Origin: Nitrosopumilus sp.
Lineage (GTDB): Archaea; Thermoproteota; Nitrososphaeria; Nitrososphaerales; Nitrosopumilaceae
Assembly: GCA_965224195.1 (NCBI GenBank)
Contig: OZ245040.1
Span: forward strand, 1,996,249 to 2,060,248
Reading direction: 5' to 3'
Length of the DNA: 64,000 nucleotides
Both the position numbers and the translations under genes were made by a program. Below are positions 9,618-20,748 of this stretch, piece by piece; the first letter of the stretch is position 1; each line of letters starts with the position of its first letter. The notes beneath the pieces were generated by a model. It saw only the letters and a list, made by a program, of their open reading frames with translations. It was not told where the DNA came from and did not search any database.

Positions 9618-10250
9618 TTAACAGTATTCTTCGTAGCAACTATCAAGTAACAAGTTTTGTGCTGAAATTGATTTATCTGCAATTTCAATCAAATTACTCG
9701 AATCAATTGAAAATCTCTCCAAAATATTTCTCCAGGATGCTGCATGTCTAATGTCAGCTTCTGTGTGAAGTTTGAAGTATTCTGTAGCTTCATTGCTAGT
9801 CATTCCATAAAATTCTGCTAAACCATCAAGTTTAGTTTGACTAATTTTTGGAATTTCTTTTTCAAAAGCATACATGGCACAAGCACCACCGTCAAAAGTA
9901 TCCATTAATTGATTCAAGTCGGATACTGCTTTCTGGATTTTAGTTGTTCCAGAATATGAGATTAATTCATCTTCAGATATTCCAAGTTCGCCAGCAAAGG
10001 TAATCCATGATTTAATATGATCAGATTCTTCTTGTTGATTTTCTACCAACTCACCAACTACGGATTCAGGAGATTTTTTAATTATCGGAGTCATAAAGGA
10101 AGGAACTGCTTTTACAAGTTGAAAATATTCTTTTGAATAACCTGCTAGAGATTCCTGGGTTAATTTTCCATCAGACCACATTTGGTAAAATGGGTGTTTT
10201 AGTAAACTTCTTTCTTCTATCATTTCATCAATTTTTTTAATTATATTCAT
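9618..10250 (-). CDS. CADD/PqqC-like heme-oxygenase-fold dimetal protein
   Basis: LLKHPFYQMWSDG, EE-x2-H, YAFE, YFKLHTEADIRH; start moved downstream because the longer ORF overlaps tRNA-Glu. Confidence 0.85.
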   Translation of the reverse strand: MNIIKKIDEMIEERSLLKHPFYQMWSDGKLTQESLAGYSKEYFQLVKAVPSFMTPIIKKSPESVVGELVENQQEESDHIKSWITFAGELGISEDELISYSGTTKIQKAVSDLNQLMDTFDGGACAMYAFEKEIPKISQTKLDGLAEFYGMTSNEATEYFKLHTEADIRHAASWRNILERFSIDSSNLIEIADKSISAQNLLLDSCYEEYC

Positions 10251-10330
10251 GATACAACTCCACAAGAGCCAATAAAAAAATCTTTGTGGTTTACAAAAGA
10301 TTTTATGGTCATAAAAAATAATTTTCATGG

Positions 10331-10406
10331 GTTCCAGTGGTGTAGACCGGTCAAGCATTTTGCCCTTTCAAGGCAAAGATCCCGGGTTCAAATCCCGGCT
10401 GGAGCA
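10331..10406 (+). tRNA. tRNA-Glu(TTC), followed by encoded CCA
   Basis: TTGCC CTTTCAA GGCAA anticodon arm; CCGGG TTCAAAT CCCGG T arm. Confidence 0.96.
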
Positions 10407-10436
10407 CCAAGATTTATTTACGTATGGTAAAGTTTT

Positions 10437-11303
10437 TTGATCAGGCCCATCTTGGACAGGAAAAATATCGAGATAAATCCTCTACTTGAAACTTATGGCA
10501 AGTACATTCAACAAATTGATCAAGCTTTAGAAAATGAATTGGGCATCTATTCTGAATCAGAGTTTATTGAGCCTCTAAAATATTCCCTAGAGGGAGGAAA
10601 GCGAATTAGGCCTATAATTTTGAATTTAGCTGCAGAGAGTGTAGGTGAAATTGATGAAAATGTACTTTCAGCTTCATGTGCTGTCGAATTTCTTCACATG
10701 GAATCAATAATTCATGATGATATTATCGATAATGAAACAATGAGAAGACAAAAGGAGCCATTCCACATCAAATACGGATACAATACAAGTGTACTAACTG
10801 GAGATTTTGTTTTAGGATTAATTCTTGCAATATCATCTAGATTAGATAATGCTAGAATTACAAAAGATTTGGCTACCACTGCTATGCTAATGAGTGAAGG
10901 AGAAATGATTGAAGGTAGATTAGAAACAAGTGAGGACGTAACATTTGATGATTATCTAAAAGTAATTGAATACAAGACTGCAGTGGCATTTCAAGTTGCA
11001 GCTAGAATTGGTGCAATTATTGCAAATGGAACTGAAGAACAAATTGAAGCATTAGATGAATATGGGAAAAATCTTGGAATTGCATATCAAATTAGAGATG
11101 ATTTGTTTGATTGGAAAAATGAGGACAAGTTATTCAATTTATTAATCAAAAAAAGTTCTGATCCAAGAGATGTCTTTAATAAAATGGAAGAGATGTTAAA
11201 AGAATATTCAGAAAAAGCAAGAATGGCATTAAGAAAAATTCCAGATAGTGATGCTAGAATAAATTTAGATAATTTAATTAAATTTACTTCATTTAAGGCA
11301 TAA
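10437..11303 (+). CDS. Polyprenyl (GGPP-type) diphosphate synthase
   Basis: GGKRIRP, IHDDIID..RR, YQIRDD motifs. Confidence 0.93.
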   Translation: MIRPILDRKNIEINPLLETYGKYIQQIDQALENELGIYSESEFIEPLKYSLEGGKRIRPIILNLAAESVGEIDENVLSASCAVEFLHMESIIHDDIIDNETMRRQKEPFHIKYGYNTSVLTGDFVLGLILAISSRLDNARITKDLATTAMLMSEGEMIEGRLETSEDVTFDDYLKVIEYKTAVAFQVAARIGAIIANGTEEQIEALDEYGKNLGIAYQIRDDLFDWKNEDKLFNLLIKKSSDPRDVFNKMEEMLKEYSEKARMALRKIPDSDARINLDNLIKFTSFKA

Positions 11304-12777
11304 GACCTAAACTAATTACTGGAGTTGCAAACTCTACAAATTTGAGTAATGGTTCTGGATATACACCAAATCCTACCAAGAAGATTGTTGAGAAAATCAT
11401 TACAGCAATAATAGATCTTGGTTCTACAACTCTCTTTTCTGTTTCTCCTTCAAAGTACATCTTTCGTGTAAGCCAACCATAGTAAGCAAGAGATAATGCA
11501 CTGTTAAGGACACCTGCAATTGCAAGCCAAGGTGCCCACCATAATGCAGAACTAGCATCTAAAGCACTTCCAAACAACATCAATTTACTCCAGAATCCAG
11601 AAAGTGGTGGAATTCCTGCCAATGCAAATAATGCAATAACTAATCCTAGTGCAGTGATAGGCATTCTTCTTCCTAGCCCTTGTAATTTGTCAATATGTGT
11701 GACTGCAAGTGTTGTGACAATACCTGTAACTGCAATAAATGCAGCACCTTTCATTACAGCGTGATTCATAATTTGATATAACGAACCTTGTAGTCCAAGT
11801 GAGCTGTGTGGAGCTACTGCAAGTCCAATCAAAATGTATCCTGCATGAGCGATACTAGAATATGCCAACATTCTTGAAATGTTCTTTTGCATAATTGCTG
11901 CAACATTTCCAATCGTCATTGTCATTACTGCGATAATTCCAAGAGCCAAAGTCCAATCAAGATTCAAAACAACCATTCCAAGAACTACAATTCTAATAGT
12001 TGCAGCAAATCCGGCTTTCTTGGTTGCAGCTGCTAGTAATGCTGTAATTGTTGGTGGAGCACCTTCATAGGTATCTGGCAACCATTGATGGAAAGGAACA
12101 AGTCCCATTTTAAATCCAAATCCCGCAATAAACATTCCAACTGAAAGTAATGCAAGCGGCAACATGGAAGGATCAAGTGTCGCATAACCTTGAATGACTT
12201 CTCCAATATTTGTAGAACCAGTTAATCCATAAGAAATTGAAATTCCGTAAACTATGATTGCAGATGACAATGCACCAAAGAGGAAATATTTTAGAGCGGC
12301 TTCATTGGAACTTGGATTCTTTTTCATATATCCAACCAAGATATATGTTGGAATACTCATCAATTCCCATGCAACAAACAACATTATCAAATCAGTAGAA
12401 TATGCAACTAGAACCATACCAATTGTAGCCAGTAAAATTAGTGAATAGTAAACTGCAGGTGAGTTATGCTTTCGCATATAATTGAAAGAGCCAACAGTTG
12501 TGAAAATAGCAACAATAAGCATTGCAATTGCAAAGAATCCACCAAATGCATCATCTACAATTACATCTTCAGAAAATAATGCAGATGAAGCAATGTTTTC
12601 TGCATAAAATTGATATCCAACATAACCCATGGATACAATTAATGCTGCAAATGCAATGACTGCATAAAATGAATTTGAGCCTTGTTCTTTTCTTGCGATG
12701 CTGATTATTGGTAGAAGAATTCCAACAGTGCCCAAAATTGCAATTAATATCAATGGAGTTGAGGTAATTTCTAACAT
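11293..12777 (-). CDS. nuoN: Complex I subunit N
   Basis: EAALKYF, FKMGLVPFHQWLPDTYEGAP; operon position. Confidence 0.95.
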   Translation of the reverse strand: MLEITSTPLILIAILGTVGILLPIISIARKEQGSNSFYAVIAFAALIVSMGYVGYQFYAENIASSALFSEDVIVDDAFGGFFAIAMLIVAIFTTVGSFNYMRKHNSPAVYYSLILLATIGMVLVAYSTDLIMLFVAWELMSIPTYILVGYMKKNPSSNEAALKYFLFGALSSAIIVYGISISYGLTGSTNIGEVIQGYATLDPSMLPLALLSVGMFIAGFGFKMGLVPFHQWLPDTYEGAPPTITALLAAATKKAGFAATIRIVVLGMVVLNLDWTLALGIIAVMTMTIGNVAAIMQKNISRMLAYSSIAHAGYILIGLAVAPHSSLGLQGSLYQIMNHAVMKGAAFIAVTGIVTTLAVTHIDKLQGLGRRMPITALGLVIALFALAGIPPLSGFWSKLMLFGSALDASSALWWAPWLAIAGVLNSALSLAYYGWLTRKMYFEGETEKRVVEPRSIIAVMIFSTIFLVGFGVYPEPLLKFVEFATPVISLGLMP

Positions 12778-12790
12778 TTCATCATTTCTC

Positions 12791-14869
12791 CTATATCAAC
12801 AATATCAGGACTACGAATAGTAATCCTGCTCCAAATACGAATAGATATGATTGTGAAACACCAGTTTGAGTTCCTTGAACGACTTTGGCACTCCATCCAA
12901 CTGCTTTTTGGACTCCAGCATTCATACCGTAATCGATAGCGGTCTTTTCAAAGTATCGGAATACTCCTCTTGCAAGCCATAGAGGAGCTACAACAAAGCA
13001 CCAATAGATTATGGCGTTTAGATACCATCTGTTTAAGATGAGTTTGTGAAGTGAGTAAAAGAAAATATTTGAATTAACAAATTTCACAGGATCTACCCAT
13101 CTTCCAATATAGAAGATGTAACCTAGTCCAATTCCTGTAGCAAATGCTACCAATGACGAACCAAGTGCAACTGGATTAAGTCCTTGTAAGAATTCTGGTA
13201 AAATTGATGCTTCATTTGCAACATGTGCTGTATGAATACCAAATGAATGCTCCAAGTATTCAGTGAATAAATGATGTAGTCCTTCTTCTGCAGATAATCC
13301 AATAAGACCAATACCAATTGTTAGTACTGCAAGAATTCCATATGGAATCCACATTGACATTGGTGCTTCATGAATATGGTGTCCTTCTTCTTCCATCTTT
13401 TCAACGTGTTTGCTCTTCTTTCCAAAGAAGACTAGTCCAATCATTCTTGTTGTATAAAATGCAGTGATAACAGCAGTTAGAACAGCAATAATGTAGAGTG
13501 GCATTGCCCATTCATTTCCAGATGTATAAACTGCAGCAAAGACTGCATCCTTACTCCAGAAACCGGTTGTGATAAATGGTGCACCCATTAAACCAAGACC
13601 AGCAGCCCACATGAATGCATAAGTTTTCTTCATTTGTTTTCTCAAGCCGCCCATATCACTCATAAATCTAGAACCAACAATATGCAACAGAGAACCTGCT
13701 GCCATGAACAATGAAGCCTTGAACATTGCATGAGAAATTAAATGGAAAAATCCTGCAGTATAACCATCAACATATTGATGAGACAATCCTGCAACGCCTA
13801 ATGCCATCATCATATAACCAATTTGAGAACCAGTAGAATATGCAAGAACTTTCTTAATTTCGTTATTCACCATACCTTGTGTTGCAAGTAATAATGCAGT
13901 GATAGCACCAACCCAAGCAATAATTTCAAAGAATTGATCAGCCATAATTCCTGCTGCACCTAATGCAAATACAAGTGGACCAATTCTTGCAACCAAGAAA
14001 ACACCTGCTTTGACCATTGTAGCTGCGTGAATTAATGCAGATACGGCAGTAGGACCAGTCATTGCTTCTAACAGCCATTCGTTAAGTGGGAATTGAGCTG
14101 ACTTTCCTATAGCACCACCAAATAGTAAAACAAACGCAGGAACAAGTAGTCCCTCAGCTTGCATTGCAACCGCCCAATCAGTAGAATCCATTAATTCCTT
14201 AAATCCAAATGTACCTGCATACAAGAATATCAAAAGCATACCAGCAATCATCATTACATCACCAACTTTTGTCATGATGAATGCCTTCATACCAGCGTGA
14301 GTTGGTGCATAGTAATCTAACATACCAAGAACAGTTCTACCCTCAACACCTACATGATCTTTCTTTTTATCACGATACCAAAAGCTAATCAAAGCATATG
14401 ATGCAAGTCCTACTCCTTCCCATCCGAAGAAGATTTGTAACAAATTATCAGATAGTACGATTAATTGCATTGAACCAATAAAGAACAACATCCAAAACCA
14501 AAATCTTGTAATGCCTTTGTCACCTTTCATGTAACCTGTACTGTAAATCATAATGAGGAATGAAATCCAGCCAACTACATTTGCCATTATTATTGAAAGT
14601 GGATCTGCTAATACGCCGGCTTTAAGACCAATTGCCTCTATCCACATTATCTGATCATGGATTTCATGAGCCTCCAAAGCCATTGGAAGAAGTGATGCAG
14701 CAGATAATGCACTCATCAAAGCAAATGCTACTGCAACAAAGCCAGTTGCATGTTTTGATAGTTTACCAACACCTGGAATAATTAATGCAGCAGCAAATGG
14801 TAGAATCCAAACCAACCAAGCACTTGCGACTCCAATTTCAAATGGTAATCCAAAAGCTTCTGTTGCCAT
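12791..14869 (-). CDS. nuoL: Complex I subunit L
   Basis: GKSAQFPLxxWLxxAMxGPTxVSALIHAATMV. Confidence 0.96.
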   Translation of the reverse strand: MATEAFGLPFEIGVASAWLVWILPFAAALIIPGVGKLSKHATGFVAVAFALMSALSAASLLPMALEAHEIHDQIMWIEAIGLKAGVLADPLSIIMANVVGWISFLIMIYSTGYMKGDKGITRFWFWMLFFIGSMQLIVLSDNLLQIFFGWEGVGLASYALISFWYRDKKKDHVGVEGRTVLGMLDYYAPTHAGMKAFIMTKVGDVMMIAGMLLIFLYAGTFGFKELMDSTDWAVAMQAEGLLVPAFVLLFGGAIGKSAQFPLNEWLLEAMTGPTAVSALIHAATMVKAGVFLVARIGPLVFALGAAGIMADQFFEIIAWVGAITALLLATQGMVNNEIKKVLAYSTGSQIGYMMMALGVAGLSHQYVDGYTAGFFHLISHAMFKASLFMAAGSLLHIVGSRFMSDMGGLRKQMKKTYAFMWAAGLGLMGAPFITTGFWSKDAVFAAVYTSGNEWAMPLYIIAVLTAVITAFYTTRMIGLVFFGKKSKHVEKMEEEGHHIHEAPMSMWIPYGILAVLTIGIGLIGLSAEEGLHHLFTEYLEHSFGIHTAHVANEASILPEFLQGLNPVALGSSLVAFATGIGLGYIFYIGRWVDPVKFVNSNIFFYSLHKLILNRWYLNAIIYWCFVVAPLWLARGVFRYFEKTAIDYGMNAGVQKAVGWSAKVVQGTQTGVSQSYLFVFGAGLLFVVLILLI

Positions 14870-14872
14870 AAT

Positions 14873-16426
14873 CTAAACCCCCAACACTCCATTCATGTAT
14901 GGAATGATTGTCTTCAAGAAAATATCTGGATAAATACCAACTACAATTGAGAATCCTGCCAACACCATCATTGGAGCAGTCATATACCAACTTCCTTCCT
15001 TCACATGTTCAAGATGTTCTGGAGTTTTTCCAAAGAATACACGTTTTAGCATCCATAACATGTAAGACATTGTAAGAGCTGTTGCAACAAGTCCTAGACC
15101 AAAGGTTACTGCTCTAAGTGTTGAACCTTCTTCAATAGCAGTTTCTAATGCACCGAAAAAGAGAATCCATTCTCCCATAAAACCACTTGTTGGTGGAACA
15201 CCCATAATTGTTAATGCACCAATAACCGCACAGACAGCGGTAATTGGCATTTTTCCTGCCAATCCTCCTAATTTGGAAATACTTCTAGTTCCAACTTTGA
15301 CAATTATAATTCCGGCCATCATGAAAAGAATACCTTTTCCAATTGCGTGTGTTACATACATCATTTCTGCACCTGTAAGACCAAGTACAGATATCGAACC
15401 AATGCCAAATAGGATGTAACCCATCTGACTAATACTAGAATATGCAAGCATACGTTTTAGATCATCTTGCATTAGTGCCATGGCACCACCGTAAATCATT
15501 GTTACAAGACCCCAAATGTGGAACCATATTGAAAGATCTACAAATGTTAATGGTAAAAATTCAACAATTAATCTGAAAAGACCATAAGCTCCAATTCCAA
15601 TCATTGCAGGAGATAGCAATGCACTGATTGGTGTAGGTGCTGAACCGTGAACATATGGAAGCCAAACATGGAACATAAAGACGGCGAGTTTAACTCCTAA
15701 TCCTATTGAAATTGCAACTGCAGAATACATTGCAATATCTGCAGGAATTTCAGATTCTTTGATATCTGCAAAGTCAAAACTTCCAAGTGTAAGACCAATC
15801 ATTAAAAATCCCAATAGTAAAACTACTGCACCTGCATGAGTCCAAAATAAGAACATTAAACCAATCTTTCTTCTAGGACCATCACCCCAAAGGGCTACCA
15901 AAAAGAAACCAGGAATTAGCATAACTTCAAAGAAAATGTAAAATTCAATAAGATTAGTTGATAGAACCGTTCCAAGCATACCCATTGCAAATACAAGGAA
16001 TAGTGCAAAGTAAAGTCCAGATTTAGCATTTACATAATTAGTAAGAGAGGAGGATTCAATGATAGATGTTTGACCACCAGATGATGAAACAATCTTCTGT
16101 TCTTCTTCAAATTGTTCGTGGAATTTATGAACCATGTATGGTTTTGAATAAATTGCCAAGATTGTAGATAAAACGTAAATCATTATTGCAAATGGTGATG
16201 CTAGTCCATCTAACAAGAAACCAAATTCTCCAAACTGTTCAGTCCATGGATAATGTTCCTCGACAGTTCCAGAAAGTGCTGCATTGATTACAAGAATTGT
16301 GGTGTATAACAGAATTGCAAATGTAAACCACATTGCAGGTGTTGGTCCTACTTTTCTTCCAATAATGTATGCAACTGGAGATAAAAGTAATGGTAGGAAA
16401 ACTGCCTGTAATAGCGCGTATTCCAT
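14873..16426 (-). CDS. nuoM: Complex I subunit M
   Basis: FHVWLPYVHGSAP, LAYSSISQMG, SGFMGE. Confidence 0.95.
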   Translation of the reverse strand: MEYALLQAVFLPLLLSPVAYIIGRKVGPTPAMWFTFAILLYTTILVINAALSGTVEEHYPWTEQFGEFGFLLDGLASPFAIMIYVLSTILAIYSKPYMVHKFHEQFEEEQKIVSSSGGQTSIIESSSLTNYVNAKSGLYFALFLVFAMGMLGTVLSTNLIEFYIFFEVMLIPGFFLVALWGDGPRRKIGLMFLFWTHAGAVVLLLGFLMIGLTLGSFDFADIKESEIPADIAMYSAVAISIGLGVKLAVFMFHVWLPYVHGSAPTPISALLSPAMIGIGAYGLFRLIVEFLPLTFVDLSIWFHIWGLVTMIYGGAMALMQDDLKRMLAYSSISQMGYILFGIGSISVLGLTGAEMMYVTHAIGKGILFMMAGIIIVKVGTRSISKLGGLAGKMPITAVCAVIGALTIMGVPPTSGFMGEWILFFGALETAIEEGSTLRAVTFGLGLVATALTMSYMLWMLKRVFFGKTPEHLEHVKEGSWYMTAPMMVLAGFSIVVGIYPDIFLKTIIPYMNGVLGV

Positions 16427-16731
16427 TATCCCTTCAAGCTCCTAAAGTCTGCAATATCGACATTCTGATACATACGATAAGCTACAATGATTAATGACAA
16501 TCCGACTGCCACTTCTGCTGCAGCAATTGCAATTGAAAATAATGCCATGGTTTGACCACCAATGTGAGGTAAGAATCTACCAAATGCAACAATGTTCAAG
16601 TTTGCTGCATTGATAATAATTTCAACTGCAAAAAGCATTCGAATGAAATTACGTTTAACTGCAAGACCATAGATTCCTATGCCCAGTAAGGCAACAGATA
16701 CTAAAGTAAAATCAATTAGCTCGCTGGTCAT
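16426..16731 (-). CDS. nuoK: Complex I subunit K
   Basis: AVEIIINAAN, IAAAEVAVGL. Confidence 0.95.
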   Translation of the reverse strand: MTSELIDFTLVSVALLGIGIYGLAVKRNFIRMLFAVEIIINAANLNIVAFGRFLPHIGGQTMALFSIAIAAAEVAVGLSLIIVAYRMYQNVDIADFRSLKG

Positions 16732-17224
16732 TCTCCACATCCTCTCGTTTTGCTAAAACTAGTGCACCAGTAACAGATCCTGCAAGAAGTAATCCCATCA
16801 AGATTAATGCTGGCCAGTAGTATGTCACAAAGTCAATTCCGATATCCCTAAAGTCAGGGGCAGGCTCATCAGTAGTTATTGTTTTAATTCCAGAATCTAA
16901 GAATACTGCACCTAATGAAATCATAATTATTAACATCAAACCAATACCTGCAAATTTTCTTCGTTTATCCTCAATTTTTTTAAAGATTAATTCTCTTTTT
17001 ACTAACATCACAGTAAACAAAATCAAAACCGCAATAGAACCAACATAAACTGCTATTTGGAATAATGCAACAAATGGTGCATCAAGCAAGAAAAAGAATC
17101 CTGCAATACCACCCAAAGTTCCCATCAAAGCAATAGAACCATAAATCAATGATCTCATTTCAAGTGCTGCAATTGCAGAACCAATAGTAATTACAGTTAA
17201 TGCAAGAAAAACAGCATCAGCCAT
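16712..17224 (-). CDS. nuoJ: Complex I subunit J
   Basis: QIAVYVGSIAVLILF. Confidence 0.95.
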   Translation of the reverse strand: MADAVFLALTVITIGSAIAALEMRSLIYGSIALMGTLGGIAGFFFLLDAPFVALFQIAVYVGSIAVLILFTVMLVKRELIFKKIEDKRRKFAGIGLMLIIMISLGAVFLDSGIKTITTDEPAPDFRDIGIDFVTYYWPALILMGLLLAGSVTGALVLAKREDVENDQRAN

Positions 17225-17714
17225 GTGTTGCACCTCTATCAGAAATTTGTATTTCACTGTCTTGTGCAACGTATGGTTTAACTTGTAATTGAGCAGGAGT
17301 ATAGATTAAACCTTCTTTTGAAAATGAAGATAACTCATAATCATTTGTCATGTAAAGAGCATAAAATGGACATGCATCAACACAAAGACCACAGAAGACA
17401 CATTTTCCATAATCAATTTGTGGCATGATTGATTTTTTATTTTGTTTTTGTTCTTCTGGAACTTTTACCATTGCAATAGCTTCTGCAACACCTTCACATG
17501 CAATCGAACATAATTGACAACCAGTACAATGATCATGGAATAACATATGACGTCCTTTAAGTCCAGCAATACCAACACCTGTAGATGGATCAAATTGATA
17601 TCCATCACCTACAAACTTTAATTTCTCTTCAGGATATCGAAGAGTGAATCTCTTCGTTGCAATGTGTTTAATTCCAGAATTTAATGCACGAATAATACCA
17701 GTTGCAGTTCCCAT
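17217..17714 (-). CDS. nuoI: Complex I subunit I
   Basis: Two CxxCxxCxxxC motifs, TLRYPEE. Confidence 0.95.
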   Translation of the reverse strand: MGTATGIIRALNSGIKHIATKRFTLRYPEEKLKFVGDGYQFDPSTGVGIAGLKGRHMLFHDHCTGCQLCSIACEGVAEAIAMVKVPEEQKQNKKSIMPQIDYGKCVFCGLCVDACPFYALYMTNDYELSSFSKEGLIYTPAQLQVKPYVAQDSEIQISDRGATHG

Positions 17715-19012
17715 TATTGTAATCCTCCTGGTCCTAGCACTCCAGCGTAAAGCAATCCAAGTGCAATAAAGATGTTAACGAAGGCTAATCCAATTAATTT
17801 ACTCCATCCAAGATTCAACAACATGTCAACTCTAATTCTTGGGAAAACACCTCTTGGTAGCAATATGAAGAATATGACACCAGCAGTTTTCAAAACAAAC
17901 CAAAGTGTACCATTAAGCATTTCTTGATCAAATAATGGCAATCCAGGGAATGGGCCTATAGTGACAGGACCCATTTCAATTCCAGTAAGAAGTTCTGCTG
18001 GGAATGGAGGTACCGCCATTGGACCATTCCAACCACCAAGGAAAAGAACTACAAACAAACCTGCAAACGCGTAAAGTTTCAGATATGTTCCTAATTGAAC
18101 AAGTCCATACATCATTCCAGATAATTCAGTTAACCATCCAGCGACAATTTCACTTTCTGCCTCAGGTAAATCAAATGGAATTCTCTCTAATTCTGCAAGC
18201 ATTGTGATAAAGAATACAATAGCACCTACTGGTAAAAATACAATCCATGGAAAGCTAGATTGACTTGCAGCAATTTCAGAGAGATTAAGAGAACCAGTTA
18301 ACATTACTACGCCCAACAAAGATAGAATTAATGGAATTTCAAATGAGACCATTTGGAATAAAGCCCTGATACCACCAATGAATGGGAATTTACTGTTTGC
18401 AGACCATGCAGAAAGAATTGTAATGATTGGGAAGAATCCTATTACCGCAAATACACCAAGTAATCCTAGATCTACATCTGCAACCACCCAACCAGGTGCA
18501 ACAGGAATGAACGCAACAAATGCTGCTGCTGCTGCAACAAAAAGAACTGGAGCTGCCCAGAAAATTGGTTTGTCAGCTTTTGCTGGAATAATAATTTCTT
18601 TTGAGATTAATTTTAAACCATCACCCATTAATTGCAAGATTCCTTCAAACTTTCCACAATAAAATGGACCAACTCTTAATTGTAATTTTGCAAGCATTTT
18701 TCTTTCAACAAAAATTGTACCAGCAGCTAATAATGCTGCAAATCCAAATCCAGGAAATGCCATTACTCTAAAGATATCAGTTGCCATGAATGCTTTTACA
18801 ACAGGAAGAATTCGTGACGGGTCCGCTAACCAAGTTAATGCAAGAAATGGTGTAAGTAACTCACCATCAATTACGGGCATTTCAATAACAAATAGAATCA
18901 TGAAGACTGCAGGAAGACCAACTAAAACTAGAATGAGAATAATCCAGAATATGTTATCAAGTAATGATTTGATAAACTCACTTAGTTTGAATTTTGGTGC
19001 AATAACTGACAT
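17714..19012 (-). CDS. nuoH: Complex I subunit H
   Basis: ERKMLAKLQLRVGP, RIPFDLPEAESE. Confidence 0.96.
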   Translation of the reverse strand: MSVIAPKFKLSEFIKSLLDNIFWIILILVLVGLPAVFMILFVIEMPVIDGELLTPFLALTWLADPSRILPVVKAFMATDIFRVMAFPGFGFAALLAAGTIFVERKMLAKLQLRVGPFYCGKFEGILQLMGDGLKLISKEIIIPAKADKPIFWAAPVLFVAAAAAFVAFIPVAPGWVVADVDLGLLGVFAVIGFFPIITILSAWSANSKFPFIGGIRALFQMVSFEIPLILSLLGVVMLTGSLNLSEIAASQSSFPWIVFLPVGAIVFFITMLAELERIPFDLPEAESEIVAGWLTELSGMMYGLVQLGTYLKLYAFAGLFVVLFLGGWNGPMAVPPFPAELLTGIEMGPVTIGPFPGLPLFDQEMLNGTLWFVLKTAGVIFFILLPRGVFPRIRVDMLLNLGWSKLIGLAFVNIFIALGLLYAGVLGPGGLQ

Positions 19013-20149
19013 TTATCGGTCTGCCTCCACTGGCCAATAATTTAGACTCCAATAAACTGATGGCATGTTACCTAGTTTTTCTCCTTTGAGAAGATTTGGT
19101 AATGCAATCAAATTTCTAAAGGAAGGAACACTCAACTTAACTCTGTATGGCTCCACTTTTCCATCAGAAACAATATAGCAACCCAATGAACCTCTGCCTG
19201 ATTCTACACGCTTGTAAACAGATTCAAGTCCTTTGGTTTTTGGATTTGGTTTTAGTTTAACTCTGACTGAACCGGACTTTGGCATTTTTTGTAAAGCTTG
19301 TCTAATAATATTACAACTTTCCAACATGTCAAGCCATGGGATTTTGGATCTTGCATAAGAATCACCTTCCTTCATTACATTAGTATGAACATCTAATTCA
19401 TCATAGACATCATATGGCTCCTTTACTCTAAGATCATAATCTACACCACTAGCTCGAAGTACAGAACCAGTTGTTCCATATCTAATTGCATCTTGTCTTG
19501 ATAAAACACCAGTGTCTCTAGTTCTTGCAATTAGAATAGGGTTATCATAAAAGATTGCAGCATATTCTTTAATTCGTTTTTCAAAATAGTTTACTTGTCG
19601 CAAACAGACATCTTCAAAGTTTGGTGGTAAATCATTTCTAACCCCACCTGGAACAAAATGTGCATGTGTTACTCTAGCACCAGTCATTTTTTCCATAAGA
19701 TCAATTAAGAGTTCACGATCTCCTGCTGGCCACATAAACATTGTAGAATGACCCAAAAAGATTCCGTAAATTGCAAGCCAGTACATGATGTAGATACATC
19801 GGTTTAATTCAGATGCAATTACTCTAACATACTTTGCACGTTCTGGAACTTCTATTCCAAGTAATTCTTCTGCTCCCAAAACATATGGATAAAGTACATT
19901 ACATGAATCATGAATTACAGGTCTTTCCAAGTGAGGAATATTTGTGATATAGTTTCTATATTCAGCCATCTTCTCCTCACCACGATGAACGTATCCTGGA
20001 TCTGGATCACATGCGACAATGTAATCACCATCAATTTGAACAATAATTCTCATATGGCCTGAACCTGGATGTTGTGGTCCAACATTGAGAGTCATTATTC
20101 TTTCGTCAACTTTTTGGAGTGCTAATCCTGGTGGTAAATTAAAAGTCAT
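19013..20149 (-). CDS. nuoD: Complex I subunit D
   Basis: NVGPQHP, GYVHRGEEK, C-terminal EADR. Confidence 0.96.
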   Translation of the reverse strand: MTFNLPPGLALQKVDERIMTLNVGPQHPGSGHMRIIVQIDGDYIVACDPDPGYVHRGEEKMAEYRNYITNIPHLERPVIHDSCNVLYPYVLGAEELLGIEVPERAKYVRVIASELNRCIYIMYWLAIYGIFLGHSTMFMWPAGDRELLIDLMEKMTGARVTHAHFVPGGVRNDLPPNFEDVCLRQVNYFEKRIKEYAAIFYDNPILIARTRDTGVLSRQDAIRYGTTGSVLRASGVDYDLRVKEPYDVYDELDVHTNVMKEGDSYARSKIPWLDMLESCNIIRQALQKMPKSGSVRVKLKPNPKTKGLESVYKRVESGRGSLGCYIVSDGKVEPYRVKLSVPSFRNLIALPNLLKGEKLGNMPSVYWSLNYWPVEADR

Positions 20150-20151
20150 CT

Positions 20152-20748
20152 CTATCTACCTTTTATTGCAAAGTCCTTTCGAAGTGGAGGTAAGTCTGCC
20201 CAGTCTTCTGGCAAAAGTAATCGTCTATTATCAGGATGTCCTTCAAAGAAAACTCCAAACATTTCAAAAACTTCTCTTTCATGAAATTCTACACTGTAAA
20301 ATACATCTCTAAGAGTTGGAAGACGGGTTGCATCATTTCCAGGAATTGGATTAGTTTCTCTAGTAGCCCTAGTAGCTAAGACTAGAATTTGTCTGGCTAA
20401 GGATGATTCAGTGTAAGACCCAATATGGTAAACAACTTCAATTTCATTATCTTGAGGATAATCTACGCCTGAAACAGATTCAACATGGTCATAATTTAAG
20501 GCATCACGAATGAATTCAGCAACATCGTGTACATTTTCTTTACCAACATTAATTCTCACCCTATCTTCTTTTACAAATCCAACTTCAACTTTATCTCCAA
20601 ATTTTTCAACTATTTTATCAGAAATGCTTTTTTCAAATGCTGGTAACTCCACAGGTGCTGCTTCAGGTTTCTTTGGTGCAGGTTTTGGTGGAGGAGATTT
20701 AACTTCAGGTTTAGCATCTGCAGGAGGATTTTCTGTTTCAGTACTCAT
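20152..20748 (-). CDS. nuoC: Complex I subunit C
   Basis: EREVFEMFGVFFEGHPDNRRLLL, PLRKDF. Confidence 0.96.
   Translation of the reverse strand: MSTETENPPADAKPEVKSPPPKPAPKKPEAAPVELPAFEKSISDKIVEKFGDKVEVGFVKEDRVRINVGKENVHDVAEFIRDALNYDHVESVSGVDYPQDNEIEVVYHIGSYTESSLARQILVLATRATRETNPIPGNDATRLPTLRDVFYSVEFHEREVFEMFGVFFEGHPDNRRLLLPEDWADLPPLRKDFAIKGR

Noticed and set aside
10251-10358. N-terminal extension of the CADD-like ORF
   Set aside because: Antisense to tRNA-Glu and its promoter region.
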